Source: an uncultured virus (IMG/VR IMGVR_UViG_3300008108_000113) (lineage: Duplodnaviria; Heunggongvirae; Uroviricota; Caudoviricetes). Taken from it: a stretch of DNA of 64,000 nt. The notes beneath the pieces are model-generated. The model was not told the origin of the DNA, searched no databases, and saw only the letters and a list, made by a program, of their open reading frames with translations. Made by a program: the position numbers and the translations under genes. The DNA is taken from the IMG/VR virus record IMGVR_UViG_3300008108_000113; one strand, 5' to 3'. This document shows positions 40,801 through 49,455 of the stretch, one piece after another (positions within the stretch are counted from its first letter, which is position 1; each line of letters opens with the position of its first letter).

Positions 40801-41072
40801 GCTCAGATCTTTTTGTGGATTATCTTTACAGAAAAGAATATGACTTAGAAGAAGATGAATATATGGTTATTAACTTTACCCCATTTAAAACAAAGGCGGG
40901 TAAAATGATGAGCCACATAGTATTTGCAAATAAGGATAAAGAATTAATTAGAGCAATTGCCTTCCCTACCATGTACAAGATGACACTTGCTAAATTGCGT
41001 GAAGGAATGAAGTGTAAGGTAGTGCTATCTAAATTAGATGATGGCACATTAAATATAAAGGAGATAATATGA
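37803..41072 (+). CDS. dnaE: DNA polymerase III alpha subunit
   Basis: PHP motifs HLHVHSYYSLMDG and AITDHG; GPGRGSAAGSLV; PDIDTDF; HAAGVV; YSFNRSHA. Confidence 0.96.
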   Translation: MSFTHLHVHSYYSLMDGLNSPAELCQAALDAGQTAIAITDHGTLSSHREMQIAAKELGIKPILGVEAYISPTDRFDRSSKTDKSIQAYNHIILLAKNKKGLENINALQEIAWNEGFYHKPRIDREVLKEYAEGIIVLSGCLNGLISKSIERQEFSEAKLILKDFKQTFHEDFYVEVQSHNPAEINSKLLELADELGIKAVATGDAHFAKEEDRILEEALLILSTSPKADKDIDFDMSKNMKNMLDRFNYLYPDRRISFQDYNLFIQTRSEIESDFNKSNINRTDIYENTMEIANKVGDYDFNQGLDLLPVPKTDADERLRSLAVKGLESLQKASDPIYMDRLEEELSVIASKNFASYFLVVGDMINWAKESGIRVGPGRGSAAGSLVCYALGITDVDPIKYNLLFFRFINPERNDFPDIDTDFEDRRRKEVKDYLKGKFKHVASISTYTYFKDKGVIRDAARVFMVPLQEVNRATKQIDTFEDFLSSPNTKEFRAKYPEVVWLAERLRGRIRSVGVHAAGVVVAKDDLRKYAPVESREDAQDKVSGRIPVVAYDMDTVADIGLIKLDALGLKTLSVISDTLGSIKNRSGKQINLSELTMDDPKVYQMLSEGYTKGVFQAEATPYTNLLMKMGVDKFEDLVASNALVRPGAMNTVGASYIDRKNGREAVDYSHVLMKDFTENTYGVIIYQEQVMQACVYLGGMSWSEADKVRKIIGKKKDAKEFDQFKDKFISGASEHISEKKAAELWHDFEAHAGYSFNRSHAVAYSMLSYYTAWLKTYYPLEFMFSILKNENDKDARTEYLIEAKRLGLRIMLPHVNESDIYFSLQDEGIRFGLAEVKFISDNIANKLMAQRPFKDYADLISKASKKGSGINSRAIDALNAIGGAAFEDNPRSGNEKDNYYEYLGIPTFNLEGIPPRIKAQARPIEDFDDLGSFVMFGMVKNIKRGTGWARVELVDETGTIGLFHHEDTQIESNQMYFILVGDNRIARYINVKDIDPNGSDLFVDYLYRKEYDLEEDEYMVINFTPFKTKAGKMMSHIVFANKDKELIRAIAFPTMYKMTLAKLREGMKCKVVLSKLDDGTLNIKEII

Positions 41073-41299
41073 CAAGCAATAACCCAGAGCAACTTATAGA
41101 AGGAATGAATCTCAGTAATATATTGGTTTCTATTTTAGCAACCCTTAAAGAGATAAATGTACCAGTAATTACATTTTTAGATTCAAATCAAGAAAATAGA
41201 GAAATGAAAGTAACATATGATTCTGATACAGAATCTTTTACGTTTAGGCTTAGAGATAAAGACTTAGAAGAAAAGGAATTAGTAAATGATTTCGAATAA
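41069..41299 (+). CDS. Hypothetical protein
   Basis: Overlaps the dnaE stop; SD AAGGAG. Confidence 0.7.
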   Translation: MTSNNPEQLIEGMNLSNILVSILATLKEINVPVITFLDSNQENREMKVTYDSDTESFTFRLRDKDLEEKELVNDFE

Positions 41300-41642
41300 T
41301 GAAGATAGGTTAGTTTCTCAGTATGGCTTAGATGCATTGTCTGCGGTACTACATGAAACAGCAATTAAAAAAGGATTTTGGGATGGGCCAATTAATCACG
41401 ACAAAATTGGAAATAAATTAGCTTTAATTCATTCTGAAGTTACTGAAGTCTTAGAAGCTATTAGAAAAAATAAAGGTAGCCAAGAAGTCGTAGAGGAAAT
41501 GGCAGACATTATTATTAGACTATTAGATTTATATGCAGCAATGATGAACGCTACATTTATTGAAGATAGCTTAGATGAAATGCTTTATCAAAAAATGGAA
41601 GTAAATAACAATAGACCACTACTTCACGGCAATTTGTTTTAA
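41286..41642 (+). CDS. MazG-like NTP pyrophosphohydrolase
   Basis: LALIHSEVTEVLEA...EEMADIIIRLLD...KMEVN..RP. Confidence 0.82.
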   Translation: MISNNEDRLVSQYGLDALSAVLHETAIKKGFWDGPINHDKIGNKLALIHSEVTEVLEAIRKNKGSQEVVEEMADIIIRLLDLYAAMMNATFIEDSLDEMLYQKMEVNNNRPLLHGNLF

Positions 41643-41657
41643 TGGTATACTGATATG

Positions 41658-41984
41658 ATGGATAATGAAAGTCTTAAAACTATATTTGAAAATCTTAGAG
41701 CCACCAGCGCCTTTGTTGCAATATTAAAGCATCAAGGAAAAATTTCTGTTCCAGAAGAATTATTAACAGATCTTTTAAATGAGCAGTCTTGGCCTAATGA
41801 CTTTATTACAAATAACGGTAGTGCTATGTGCGTTACATATGATTTTAATAAAAAAGAGTTTGGTTTTGAGCTTATGTACGAAGACGATGGGTACAAACCA
41901 GAAAATGCTATAGGCTTTCAATGCACAAGAGGTAACTTAGAAGTAGGCTTTATAGATTATAACAGCCCACATTATAGAAAGTAA
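41658..41984 (+). CDS. Hypothetical protein (distant paralog of 41069..41299)
   Basis: Leaderless start after TGGTATACT; shared IL...I.VP and M.VTYD....F.F.L pattern. Confidence 0.6.
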   Translation: MDNESLKTIFENLRATSAFVAILKHQGKISVPEELLTDLLNEQSWPNDFITNNGSAMCVTYDFNKKEFGFELMYEDDGYKPENAIGFQCTRGNLEVGFIDYNSPHYRK

Positions 41985-41988
41985 TTAT

Positions 41989-42957
41989 ATGACAATAGAT
42001 ATAGATAATATTTTAGCAAAGCTAGATCCAAAAACAAGAGCTAGGGTCCAGTCTGCACAGGACATACATATTGAAAAACAATTAACTCCTAGCATAGGTC
42101 TAACTGATGCCCTAAAGGGCGGGTTTGCTTATGGCAGGCAAGTTCTTGTTTGGGGCAATAAGTCTGCAGGAAAATCTTCTTTCTGCTTACAGATGATAGC
42201 TCTGGCACAAAAAGATGGCAAAACATGTGCGTGGATAGATTCTGAAGCTTCCTATGATCAGTCTTGGGCAGAGGCATTAGGAGTAGACTCCTCTAAGCTA
42301 ATTTATTCTCCAGCAAAAACAGTTAATGATATGGTAGATGTTGCAACTAAACTTATGGATGCTGGAGTTGACCTAATAGTGGTTGATTCTATATCAGCAT
42401 TACTCCCAGCAATATATTTTGAAAAAGACGGAAATGAAATGAAGGATTTGCAGGACACTAAGCAAATCGGCGCTGAAGCAAAGGATATGACCCACGCAGT
42501 CAAAATGTTAAACTATGCAAACAAAAACACACTACTTGTTCTCATCTCACAACAACGAAATCAATTTGGATCTATGCATGCTAGTCACATCCCAGTCGTT
42601 AAGCTTTGGTCTTCTGAGGCTGAGGCTAATGCTATTAAAGCTGGCATTAAGGTTGGCGACAAAATTATCGAACAAAGAGTCGGAAGACCAGTTAATTGGA
42701 TTGTTGATTACAGCAAGACAAGCCCCCCAAATTTATCTGGACAATATGACTTCTACTACCAAGGAGAATTCTTGGGGGTAGATAGAGTGGGAGAAACCCT
42801 AGATGTTGCAGAGATGTACGGTATTGTTGAAAAGGGGGGAGCATGGTATACAATCAATGGCGAACGTTTTCAAGGACGTGCAAAGGCTGTCGCATATTTA
42901 AGAGAAAATCCAAATGTTGTAGACAGCTTGATTGGAGAAATAAATGCCAAATCTTAA
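41989..42957 (+). CDS. recA: RecA-like recombinase, apparently lacking a short conserved segment
   Basis: Walker A GNKSAGKS, WIDSE, IVVDSISAL, ISQQR, GIVEKGGAWY, FQGR; the TxGGxAxKF motif is absent. Confidence 0.9.
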   Translation: MTIDIDNILAKLDPKTRARVQSAQDIHIEKQLTPSIGLTDALKGGFAYGRQVLVWGNKSAGKSSFCLQMIALAQKDGKTCAWIDSEASYDQSWAEALGVDSSKLIYSPAKTVNDMVDVATKLMDAGVDLIVVDSISALLPAIYFEKDGNEMKDLQDTKQIGAEAKDMTHAVKMLNYANKNTLLVLISQQRNQFGSMHASHIPVVKLWSSEAEANAIKAGIKVGDKIIEQRVGRPVNWIVDYSKTSPPNLSGQYDFYYQGEFLGVDRVGETLDVAEMYGIVEKGGAWYTINGERFQGRAKAVAYLRENPNVVDSLIGEINAKS

Positions 42958-43132
42958 TGAATTTTTTAATAGAACAGAAATTATTCATAAGGAAGGTTTG
43001 GAAAAAATAAGTGGGTTAAAGCCATGCTCTAAATGTGATAAAGATGCAGAAGAAGCATTCTGGGACCCTAATACATTAACAATGACTTGGAAATGTCCAG
43101 AAGGACATGATAACCAGTATAGGGTTCAGTAA
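42944..43132 (+). CDS. Small zinc-binding protein
   Basis: CSKC...CPEGH. Confidence 0.65.
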   Translation: MPNLNEFFNRTEIIHKEGLEKISGLKPCSKCDKDAEEAFWDPNTLTMTWKCPEGHDNQYRVQ

Positions 43133-43443
43133 TGTCAGAAAGATCAGAAGTAAAAAGAGATGGGGCCAAGGCACAAAAAAATAGTGGCCGTGGTGATTAT
43201 CAAAAGGGTGACGCTAAGTGGAAAAGCTTTTTAGTAGACTATAAAGAGGCAAGCAGATCATTTACTTTAAATAAAGATGTATGGTCAAAGATATGCACAG
43301 ATACCTTTAGGGTGGATAGAGATATGCACCCAGCGTTAAAAATTATTATAGGAAATGAATCCAGAGTTAGGCTTGGTATAATAGAGTGGTCGATATTAGA
43401 AGATCTAATAGAGTGTTGGGAGAAAAATCATGAAAAAAATTAA
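43132..43443 (+). CDS. PD-(D/E)xK nuclease, Hjc-like resolvase (putative)
   Basis: SE...NSGRG..KGD....LVDYK...SFTL...W.KI pattern. Confidence 0.65.
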   Translation: MSERSEVKRDGAKAQKNSGRGDYQKGDAKWKSFLVDYKEASRSFTLNKDVWSKICTDTFRVDRDMHPALKIIIGNESRVRLGIIEWSILEDLIECWEKNHEKN

Positions 43444-44392
43444 GATAATGCCTAAAGTTGTTGTATACAAAGATATGCTTTCGTCTGAAGAAGTTGATGA
43501 AATGCTAAAAATAATTAAAGATTCAGAAAATAGTATTGAGAGCTACTATGCAATACCTCCAGAAGAGTCTTCTTATAGAGATAAACACGGCATTCAGCCA
43601 ATGGAAAAAGATGACATAAGTATAATTAATAGTTGGACGCCATGGTACACCTATGGTTCAAAAAGTATTTTAAATAATAGAGGGCTAATAGTTACAGAAA
43701 ATTCAGATAATAAAAAAGAATTTATAATGAAACAAAAAATAGTAAATCTATTACGCAAAGTTCATGAGGATTATATGTCTGACGAAGATCATATTGACGG
43801 CTGGCCTTATGGAATAAAAAGCACAGAACTAACTGACGACATCTATGATTCTCTTGGATTAGGTGTAATTGAAATTTTAAAACATAATATAGTTATTGAT
43901 AATGAGTTAGCTATTGGATATCATACTGATTTTCATGAACATAAAATAGAGTCTTCAGGAGGAAAACAGATTATAACTTTTACAGTTTATCTAAATGATG
44001 ACTATGAAGGTGGCGAAATTGAGTTTATAGATGAAAGAGAAAATAAACTTATAACATATAAGCCAAAAGCTGGGGATATTACAATTTTCCCTTCTGGAAA
44101 ACCTTATTGGCATTCTGCAAAGGCAGTTAGATCTGGTAATAATAAAATATTTTTTAGAACATTTGCCATACATTATTATAAAGGATCAGAAGCCTGGCAA
44201 AAAGGTGTGCTAGAGCATGGTGAAGAAAAATGGAATAATATGGAGCTGGATAGAATTAAAAAAACAGTAGATTCTGGTGAGGTAGGTAGACAAGTTGTAA
44301 GGGCTGGACAAAAGCCAATAGAAGGCAAAAACCTTTTTCCACTGTACATTAATGAAAATCAAGATATATATATAGATGGCAGAGATTTATGA
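43430..44392 (+). CDS. 2OG-Fe(II) oxygenase, prolyl-4-hydroxylase-like
   Basis: HTD...VYLNDDYEGGEIEF...KPKAGD..IFPS..PYWH......K. Confidence 0.82.
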   Translation: MKKIKIMPKVVVYKDMLSSEEVDEMLKIIKDSENSIESYYAIPPEESSYRDKHGIQPMEKDDISIINSWTPWYTYGSKSILNNRGLIVTENSDNKKEFIMKQKIVNLLRKVHEDYMSDEDHIDGWPYGIKSTELTDDIYDSLGLGVIEILKHNIVIDNELAIGYHTDFHEHKIESSGGKQIITFTVYLNDDYEGGEIEFIDERENKLITYKPKAGDITIFPSGKPYWHSAKAVRSGNNKIFFRTFAIHYYKGSEAWQKGVLEHGEEKWNNMELDRIKKTVDSGEVGRQVVRAGQKPIEGKNLFPLYINENQDIYIDGRDL

Positions 44393-44482
44393 TAGAAGTA
44401 TTTATGATGAGTATTATTGTGGGAATTGCAACAGGATACGCACTGAGAGCTTTTGTAGACAAAATAGGCAGAGGGATAAAAA

Positions 44483-44821
44483 ATGATAGAAGATAAAAAT
44501 ACATTAGAGCTTATTAGCGACATCACAGAGTTCAATGATCTTCATGAGTTTATGAAGGACGAACACTTAGATAAAGCTCTGGCTATTGTTGTAAAATTAC
44601 TTATGAATCCCGATGTTCCCTCCGCTAAATCTCCAATGCTTATAATGGAGTTGCAGGCAATGTCTACAAAATTTGCCGTACTTGCCTCATATTATTCTAC
44701 AATAGCTAAAGATAAGGCTGGAACTATAAATAACAATAAAAAGAATGTGTACTATTCTCTAAAGGAGTCTATAGACAAACTTGTAGATGCACTCAAGTAT
44801 GTCGTTAGGTATAATTCATAA
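44483..44821 (+). CDS. Hypothetical helical protein
   Basis: ORF coupled to the downstream exonuclease. Confidence 0.65.
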   Translation: MIEDKNTLELISDITEFNDLHEFMKDEHLDKALAIVVKLLMNPDVPSAKSPMLIMELQAMSTKFAVLASYYSTIAKDKAGTINNNKKNVYYSLKESIDKLVDALKYVVRYNS

Positions 44822-45612
44822 TGGGTAGAGATATAGTCAAGAATCTTAAATTTAAAAAGCACACAGGGAAACACTTTGACCCAGAAAGATTTGCCGAGTT
44901 GCTCGATGAGTCATATCGAAATACAAAACGTGCAGATGGAGAGATGACTAAAAAATCTTTTAGCCCAAGCTCGCTTGGTTATGGACACGGAAGATGCCCC
45001 AGATATTGGTATATGGCATTTAGTGGTGCTATGTTTATTGATGATAACGATGCTGTCGCAGTTGCTAATATGGCACAAGGGACCCAAGCTCATGAAAGAC
45101 TGCAAAAGCTTATAGCAACAATGCCAGAGTTTGTATCAGAAGAAGAAGAAATAATTAATGATTATCCTCCAATCAGGGGATTCATAGATCTAATTATGAG
45201 CTATGATGGAGAGACCGTAATCGGAGAAATTAAAACAGCTAAGCAAGAAGTATGGGATGCTAGGCAGGCTGAAATGAAGTCTTCCCCCAATCATATGCTT
45301 CAGCTTTTGACCTATATGAAATTAAAGAATGCTAAAGAAGGATTCTTTCTTTATGAAAATAAAAATACACAAGAAATTTTAATAATACCAGTATCAATGA
45401 ATGATAAAAATAAAAAAATTATTGAGGATACATTTATTTGGATGCAAGAAGTTTGGGATAATTTTCAGAGCGGTGATCTTCCAATGAGACCTTCAGGTGC
45501 CACAAAATCAAAAATGCCGTGTACATACTGTCCAGTAAAGAAAGAGTGTTTTGCAAAAGATGCCAAGCTTGGTACAGTACAGATAGAATTATTTGAGGTG
45601 CCAGTAATATGA
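44821..45612 (+). CDS. Cas4-like PD-(D/E)xK exonuclease
   Basis: SPSS...CPR, H, GFID, EIKT, QL..Y and C-terminal CxxCPxxxxC. Confidence 0.82.
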   Translation: MGRDIVKNLKFKKHTGKHFDPERFAELLDESYRNTKRADGEMTKKSFSPSSLGYGHGRCPRYWYMAFSGAMFIDDNDAVAVANMAQGTQAHERLQKLIATMPEFVSEEEEIINDYPPIRGFIDLIMSYDGETVIGEIKTAKQEVWDARQAEMKSSPNHMLQLLTYMKLKNAKEGFFLYENKNTQEILIIPVSMNDKNKKIIEDTFIWMQEVWDNFQSGDLPMRPSGATKSKMPCTYCPVKKECFAKDAKLGTVQIELFEVPVI

Positions 45613-45887
45613 TATGCAGCAATAAAGAATGTGCTAAAGAATTTGATTCTAAAACACATAATCAAAAGTATTGTTGCGATGAATGTTGCAGAGTTGCAAC
45701 TAATCGCAGAATCATGGAAAAGTATTATGAAAAGAAGGCCATTAAAAATGGCGCATTTAGGGGTTGTAAAAAGTGTGGCAGCAGACTAAGTAGATATAAT
45801 AAGAGCAATATTTGTGCTTCATGTGAAAAAATTGGTAGCCTAAATAATAAAAAAAATATATTGGGTCGGATAAATGAAATTAGCTGA
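45609..45887 (+). CDS. Cys-rich zinc-finger protein
   Basis: Several CxxC pairs; QKYCCDEC. Confidence 0.7.
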   Translation: MICSNKECAKEFDSKTHNQKYCCDECCRVATNRRIMEKYYEKKAIKNGAFRGCKKCGSRLSRYNKSNICASCEKIGSLNNKKNILGRINEIS

Positions 45888-46440
45888 CCTTATAAAAGTT
45901 AAAGCACATAGAGTATTGGGTATAGATGCCTCTACAAACTCAATAGCATTTTGCCTTATGGAAAATGATATTCCTCTTAAATGGGGAAAAATAGATCTAT
46001 ACGGCAATGACATTTATGAAAAAATACATGACGCAAAGAAAAAAATGTCTGTTATGTTGAATGAATTAAAGTCAGATTATATTGTAGTAGAGGGTGCGGT
46101 ACTTGTCAGATCACCAGATGCTGTGATAAAATTATCTTATGTGTACGGAGTAGTAATTGCTGAGCTTATGTCTACAGGTGCAAAAGTAATTACCATTAGC
46201 CCTACTGCATGGCAAGCTTATATAGGAAATAAAAATCCTAATAAAGATGAAAAAGCGGCTATAAGGCTAAAACATCCAGGATATGCAGATTCATGGTATA
46301 AAAATCAGATAAGAAATATGAGAAAGCAGAGGACTGTGGATTACTTTAATAAAAAGTATGATCTGTCTTTAAATGATTTTGATGTTGCAGATAGTTTTGG
46401 TATTGCACACTATGCTAATAAGGTGTTAACAGAGAGATGA
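45874..46440 (+). CDS. RuvC-like Holliday junction resolvase
   Basis: VLGIDAST, IVVE, P..W, DVADSFGIA acidic tetrad. Confidence 0.8.
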   Translation: MKLADLIKVKAHRVLGIDASTNSIAFCLMENDIPLKWGKIDLYGNDIYEKIHDAKKKMSVMLNELKSDYIVVEGAVLVRSPDAVIKLSYVYGVVIAELMSTGAKVITISPTAWQAYIGNKNPNKDEKAAIRLKHPGYADSWYKNQIRNMRKQRTVDYFNKKYDLSLNDFDVADSFGIAHYANKVLTER

Positions 46441-46583
46441 AATTTTACCAAAGTAAGGATTGGCTATATAGAAGATACATAGTTCAAAAAAAGACAGTAA
46501 CAGAAATAGCTAAAGAATGTAATGTATCTGTAATGACTATTCAAAGATACCTAGACCAGTTTGGATTAATTAAAAAAAGATGA
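46437..46583 (+). CDS. Small HTH protein (48 aa, not in ORF track)
   Basis: MKFYQSKDWLYRRY...TVTEIAKECNVSVMTIQRYLDQFGL; ATGA overlaps at both ends. Confidence 0.7.
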   Translation: MKFYQSKDWLYRRYIVQKKTVTEIAKECNVSVMTIQRYLDQFGLIKKR

Positions 46584-47143
46584 AAATATATAAAAATGGC
46601 AATGGGCAAGCCAAGCAGGATTCATTTGTATTAAATGTTTTAAATGAAAAAAGAAATGGTTGGTATGTTGAAGTTGGCTCTAATGATCCTATAATATATA
46701 ATAATACCTACTTATTGGAAACAGAGTATGATTGGAATGGAGTAGGTTTTGATTGGGATCAAAGCCTAGTTGATAATTATAATAATGTAAGAAAAAATAA
46801 ATGCATTTCTACAGATGCTACAAAATTTGACTATTTAAAATATTTTAAAGAAAACAAATTTCCAAAACAAATAGACTACTTACAGCTCGACATAGAACCA
46901 GCTCATCAAACCCTAGCAGCATTAAAACAAATGCCCTTAGATGAATATAGATTTTCTGTAATAACATATGAACACGATTTGTATGCAGATCCATCAAACA
47001 AAGAGATTAAAAAAGAGTCAATCGATATATTGTCTTCTTTAGGATATAAGCTTTTAGTAGAAAATGTTGATGATAGTTCCCCAGACAGAGTGTTTGAGGA
47101 TTGGTGGATAGACCCAGAGGTAATTAGGAGCACAAATATATGA
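46580..47143 (+). CDS. FkbM-family methyltransferase
   Basis: QD.FV, YVEVGS..P...NNTY.LE..W.G, IDYLQLDIEP, ITYEHD, EDWW. Confidence 0.8.
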   Translation: MKIYKNGNGQAKQDSFVLNVLNEKRNGWYVEVGSNDPIIYNNTYLLETEYDWNGVGFDWDQSLVDNYNNVRKNKCISTDATKFDYLKYFKENKFPKQIDYLQLDIEPAHQTLAALKQMPLDEYRFSVITYEHDLYADPSNKEIKKESIDILSSLGYKLLVENVDDSSPDRVFEDWWIDPEVIRSTNI

Positions 47144-47901
47144 TATCAAAAACAATATGGCAAACATACGAGACGCCTATCGAGGGCTTGCCTTTACAGG
47201 CACAGCAAAGTTTAGAAACTTGGAAAAATATAAATCCAGATTGGTCTCATGGATATATGAGCGGTCAAGACAGAGAAGACTTTTTTAGAACTGAATTTGG
47301 AGGAGAAGTTTTTGATACATACATGAAGTATCCACTCGGAGTAATGAAGGCTGGTTTGTGGAGATTTGCTATTCTTTATATTAATGGTGGAGTGTACGCT
47401 GATTTAGATACAGAGTGCATAAATCCAATAGATACTTGGTTAGACCCTAAATACGACATGATTCTTGATTTAGAAGGAAACACACCATGGTATGCCACTC
47501 AGGTAATTGCTTCTTCTAAAGGACATAAGTTTTTAGAAGATGCTATTAGCATGGCTGTAGAAAGAGCAAGAAACGGTATTGTAGAGCAACAGCATATGGT
47601 TCATTACTATACAGACGTAGCAATGTTTACCGATAGCTTATTTAAATCAATGAGCATAGAAGATGGGTATAACGGAGATTTAAAGCAGCGCACAATTGAA
47701 TTCAATAATTTACCAGTAGCAAAAGAAAATAAATTTTTTAGCTTTGGAGGAGACGATGCTCGAAGGTTATTAGATAAAGATGTTAAGCACCTTTATTGGG
47801 GAGACGGAAGATTAGAAAATTACGTAGCATGGAAAAAAGATTCAATTTTTGAAAATTTAACTGTTAAAGATGTGCAAGAAAGTCAAGGAAATAATAAATG
47901 A
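47140..47901 (+). CDS. DXD glycosyltransferase (OCH1/GT32-like)
   Basis: ISKTIWQTY, WK..NPDW, LWRF..LY..GGVYADLD, H.FL. Confidence 0.82.
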   Translation: MISKTIWQTYETPIEGLPLQAQQSLETWKNINPDWSHGYMSGQDREDFFRTEFGGEVFDTYMKYPLGVMKAGLWRFAILYINGGVYADLDTECINPIDTWLDPKYDMILDLEGNTPWYATQVIASSKGHKFLEDAISMAVERARNGIVEQQHMVHYYTDVAMFTDSLFKSMSIEDGYNGDLKQRTIEFNNLPVAKENKFFSFGGDDARRLLDKDVKHLYWGDGRLENYVAWKKDSIFENLTVKDVQESQGNNK

Positions 47902-48557
47902 GTGTTATAGGAATTCTACCAGCATCTGGTAAAGCATCTAGAGTTGGAGGCATACCTAAATTTTGCTTACCAATTTCAGATGAGAGATCCCTTTTACAAT
48001 GGCATGTAGAGCAAATGCTAGAAGTTTGTGATGAAGTTAGGGTATCAACAAGAGCTGAATGGGTTCCTATTATTCAGAATATGGATATGAATATTAAACT
48101 TATTGTGCGTGAGCCTTCAACTATGTCTGATGCCGTAAAATTTATGGTAGGAGAACATAACCACACAGTTTTTATTGGAATGCCAGATACATTTATATTG
48201 GGTGCCCAGACAAATATATATAAAGAAATGATTAAGTCAGAGGGGGATGTAGTTCTCGGAGCATGGGAATGTACAGATGACCTAAAGGGAAGAGTTGGGC
48301 AGATATCTTTATCTGGAGACAAGGTTCTGTCTTCTAAAGATAAAGTTCAAGACTGCGAATATGAGTATATGTGGGGCACTATGCTATTTAGAAAAAATTT
48401 GATAAGATATGTAGATGCAGATTTAGATCATCCAGGCAAACAAATTCAGGAATGGATTGATATGAATTTAGATATTCGTGCCGTAAAACCAGGGGGACAG
48501 TACATGGACATTGGCACATTAAAAGGCTTAAAAAAACTATATAAAGAAATGGAATAA
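47898..48557 (+). CDS. Sugar-phosphate nucleotidyltransferase
   Basis: GILPASGKASR..IPK..LPI, MPD, YMDIGT. Confidence 0.82.
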   Translation: MSVIGILPASGKASRVGGIPKFCLPISDERSLLQWHVEQMLEVCDEVRVSTRAEWVPIIQNMDMNIKLIVREPSTMSDAVKFMVGEHNHTVFIGMPDTFILGAQTNIYKEMIKSEGDVVLGAWECTDDLKGRVGQISLSGDKVLSSKDKVQDCEYEYMWGTMLFRKNLIRYVDADLDHPGKQIQEWIDMNLDIRAVKPGGQYMDIGTLKGLKKLYKEME

Positions 48558-48558
48558 A

Positions 48559-48885
48559 ATGGCGGGATACCCACAAAAAGATAAAGGCTACCAAATGTGG
48601 ATTACAGATCTACAGGTAATAGCAACAGATGCTCCATCAGGCAATAAGATTCTTAATCAATGCCTAGAAGTATCAGAGATGTTAATTAAAAAGAATATAT
48701 CATATGGAGATTCAGCATTAAATCCGATGAGGCTATTTGCTACATCTAATTCGGTAGAGCAGCTTAAAGTTCGTATTGACGATAAGTTAAATAGAATTAG
48801 TCATGCACAGGGCTTTGCTGGAGACAATGATATAGATGATTTAATTGGATATTTAATTCTTCTTAAAATTGCTAATCAATCTTAG
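48559..48885 (+). CDS. DUF1599 / nucleotide-modification-associated domain 1 protein
   Basis: KKN..YGDS, VRIDDKLNRI, DLIGYLILL. Confidence 0.72.
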   Translation: MAGYPQKDKGYQMWITDLQVIATDAPSGNKILNQCLEVSEMLIKKNISYGDSALNPMRLFATSNSVEQLKVRIDDKLNRISHAQGFAGDNDIDDLIGYLILLKIANQS

Positions 48886-48912
48886 TCAACTAAAATATGG
48901 TATACTTATATA

Positions 48913-49455
48913 ATGACAATGGAAATTGACCTTCCTCAGCACATGGATAGAATGAATAATGTAGTAGAAAAATTACTACAGGGAAATAACCCTACCCAAA
49001 TTGCAACTATAACTGGACTTCAGAGAAAAGAAGTGGTCGAGCTTATAGATGAATGGAAGAACATTGTTCATAATGACAATGCTGTTCGTGATAGGGCAAA
49101 AGAGGCTATTTCTGGTGCAGACCAGCATTATGCAATGCTTATCAAAGAGGCGTGGAAGACAGTTGATGAGGCAGATCAATCTGGCCAATTAGCCATTAAA
49201 TCTGGAGCGCTTAAGCTTATTGCAGATATAGAGACTAAAAGAATTGCAATGCTTCAGTCCGTCGGCGTTCTTGAGAATAACGAACTTGCCACACAGGTTG
49301 CAGAAGCGGAAAGAAAACAAGAAGTGCTTGTTAAGATATTAAAAGAAGTTACCTCTACCTGTCCAAAATGTAAAATGGAAGTTGCTAAAAGGCTTTCTCA
49401 AATTACTGGAATTGTAGAGGCAGTAGTAATTGAGGAAAATGTCAGTGGAATTTAG
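48913..49455 (+). CDS. Terminase small subunit (putative, N-terminal HTH)
   Basis: G.NPTQIATITGLQRKEV HTH, coiled coil, overlaps the large subunit. Confidence 0.65.
   Translation: MTMEIDLPQHMDRMNNVVEKLLQGNNPTQIATITGLQRKEVVELIDEWKNIVHNDNAVRDRAKEAISGADQHYAMLIKEAWKTVDEADQSGQLAIKSGALKLIADIETKRIAMLQSVGVLENNELATQVAEAERKQEVLVKILKEVTSTCPKCKMEVAKRLSQITGIVEAVVIEENVSGI

Noticed and set aside
37803..41072. Intein or intron in dnaE (also checked dnaB, recA, terminase)
   Set aside because: Lengths are normal and no C...HN splice motifs or LAGLIDADG blocks were seen.
44821..45612. Cas4-like gene as a sign of a CRISPR-Cas locus
   Set aside because: No repeat-spacer array or other cas genes were seen; solo Cas4-like exonucleases are common in phage recombination modules.
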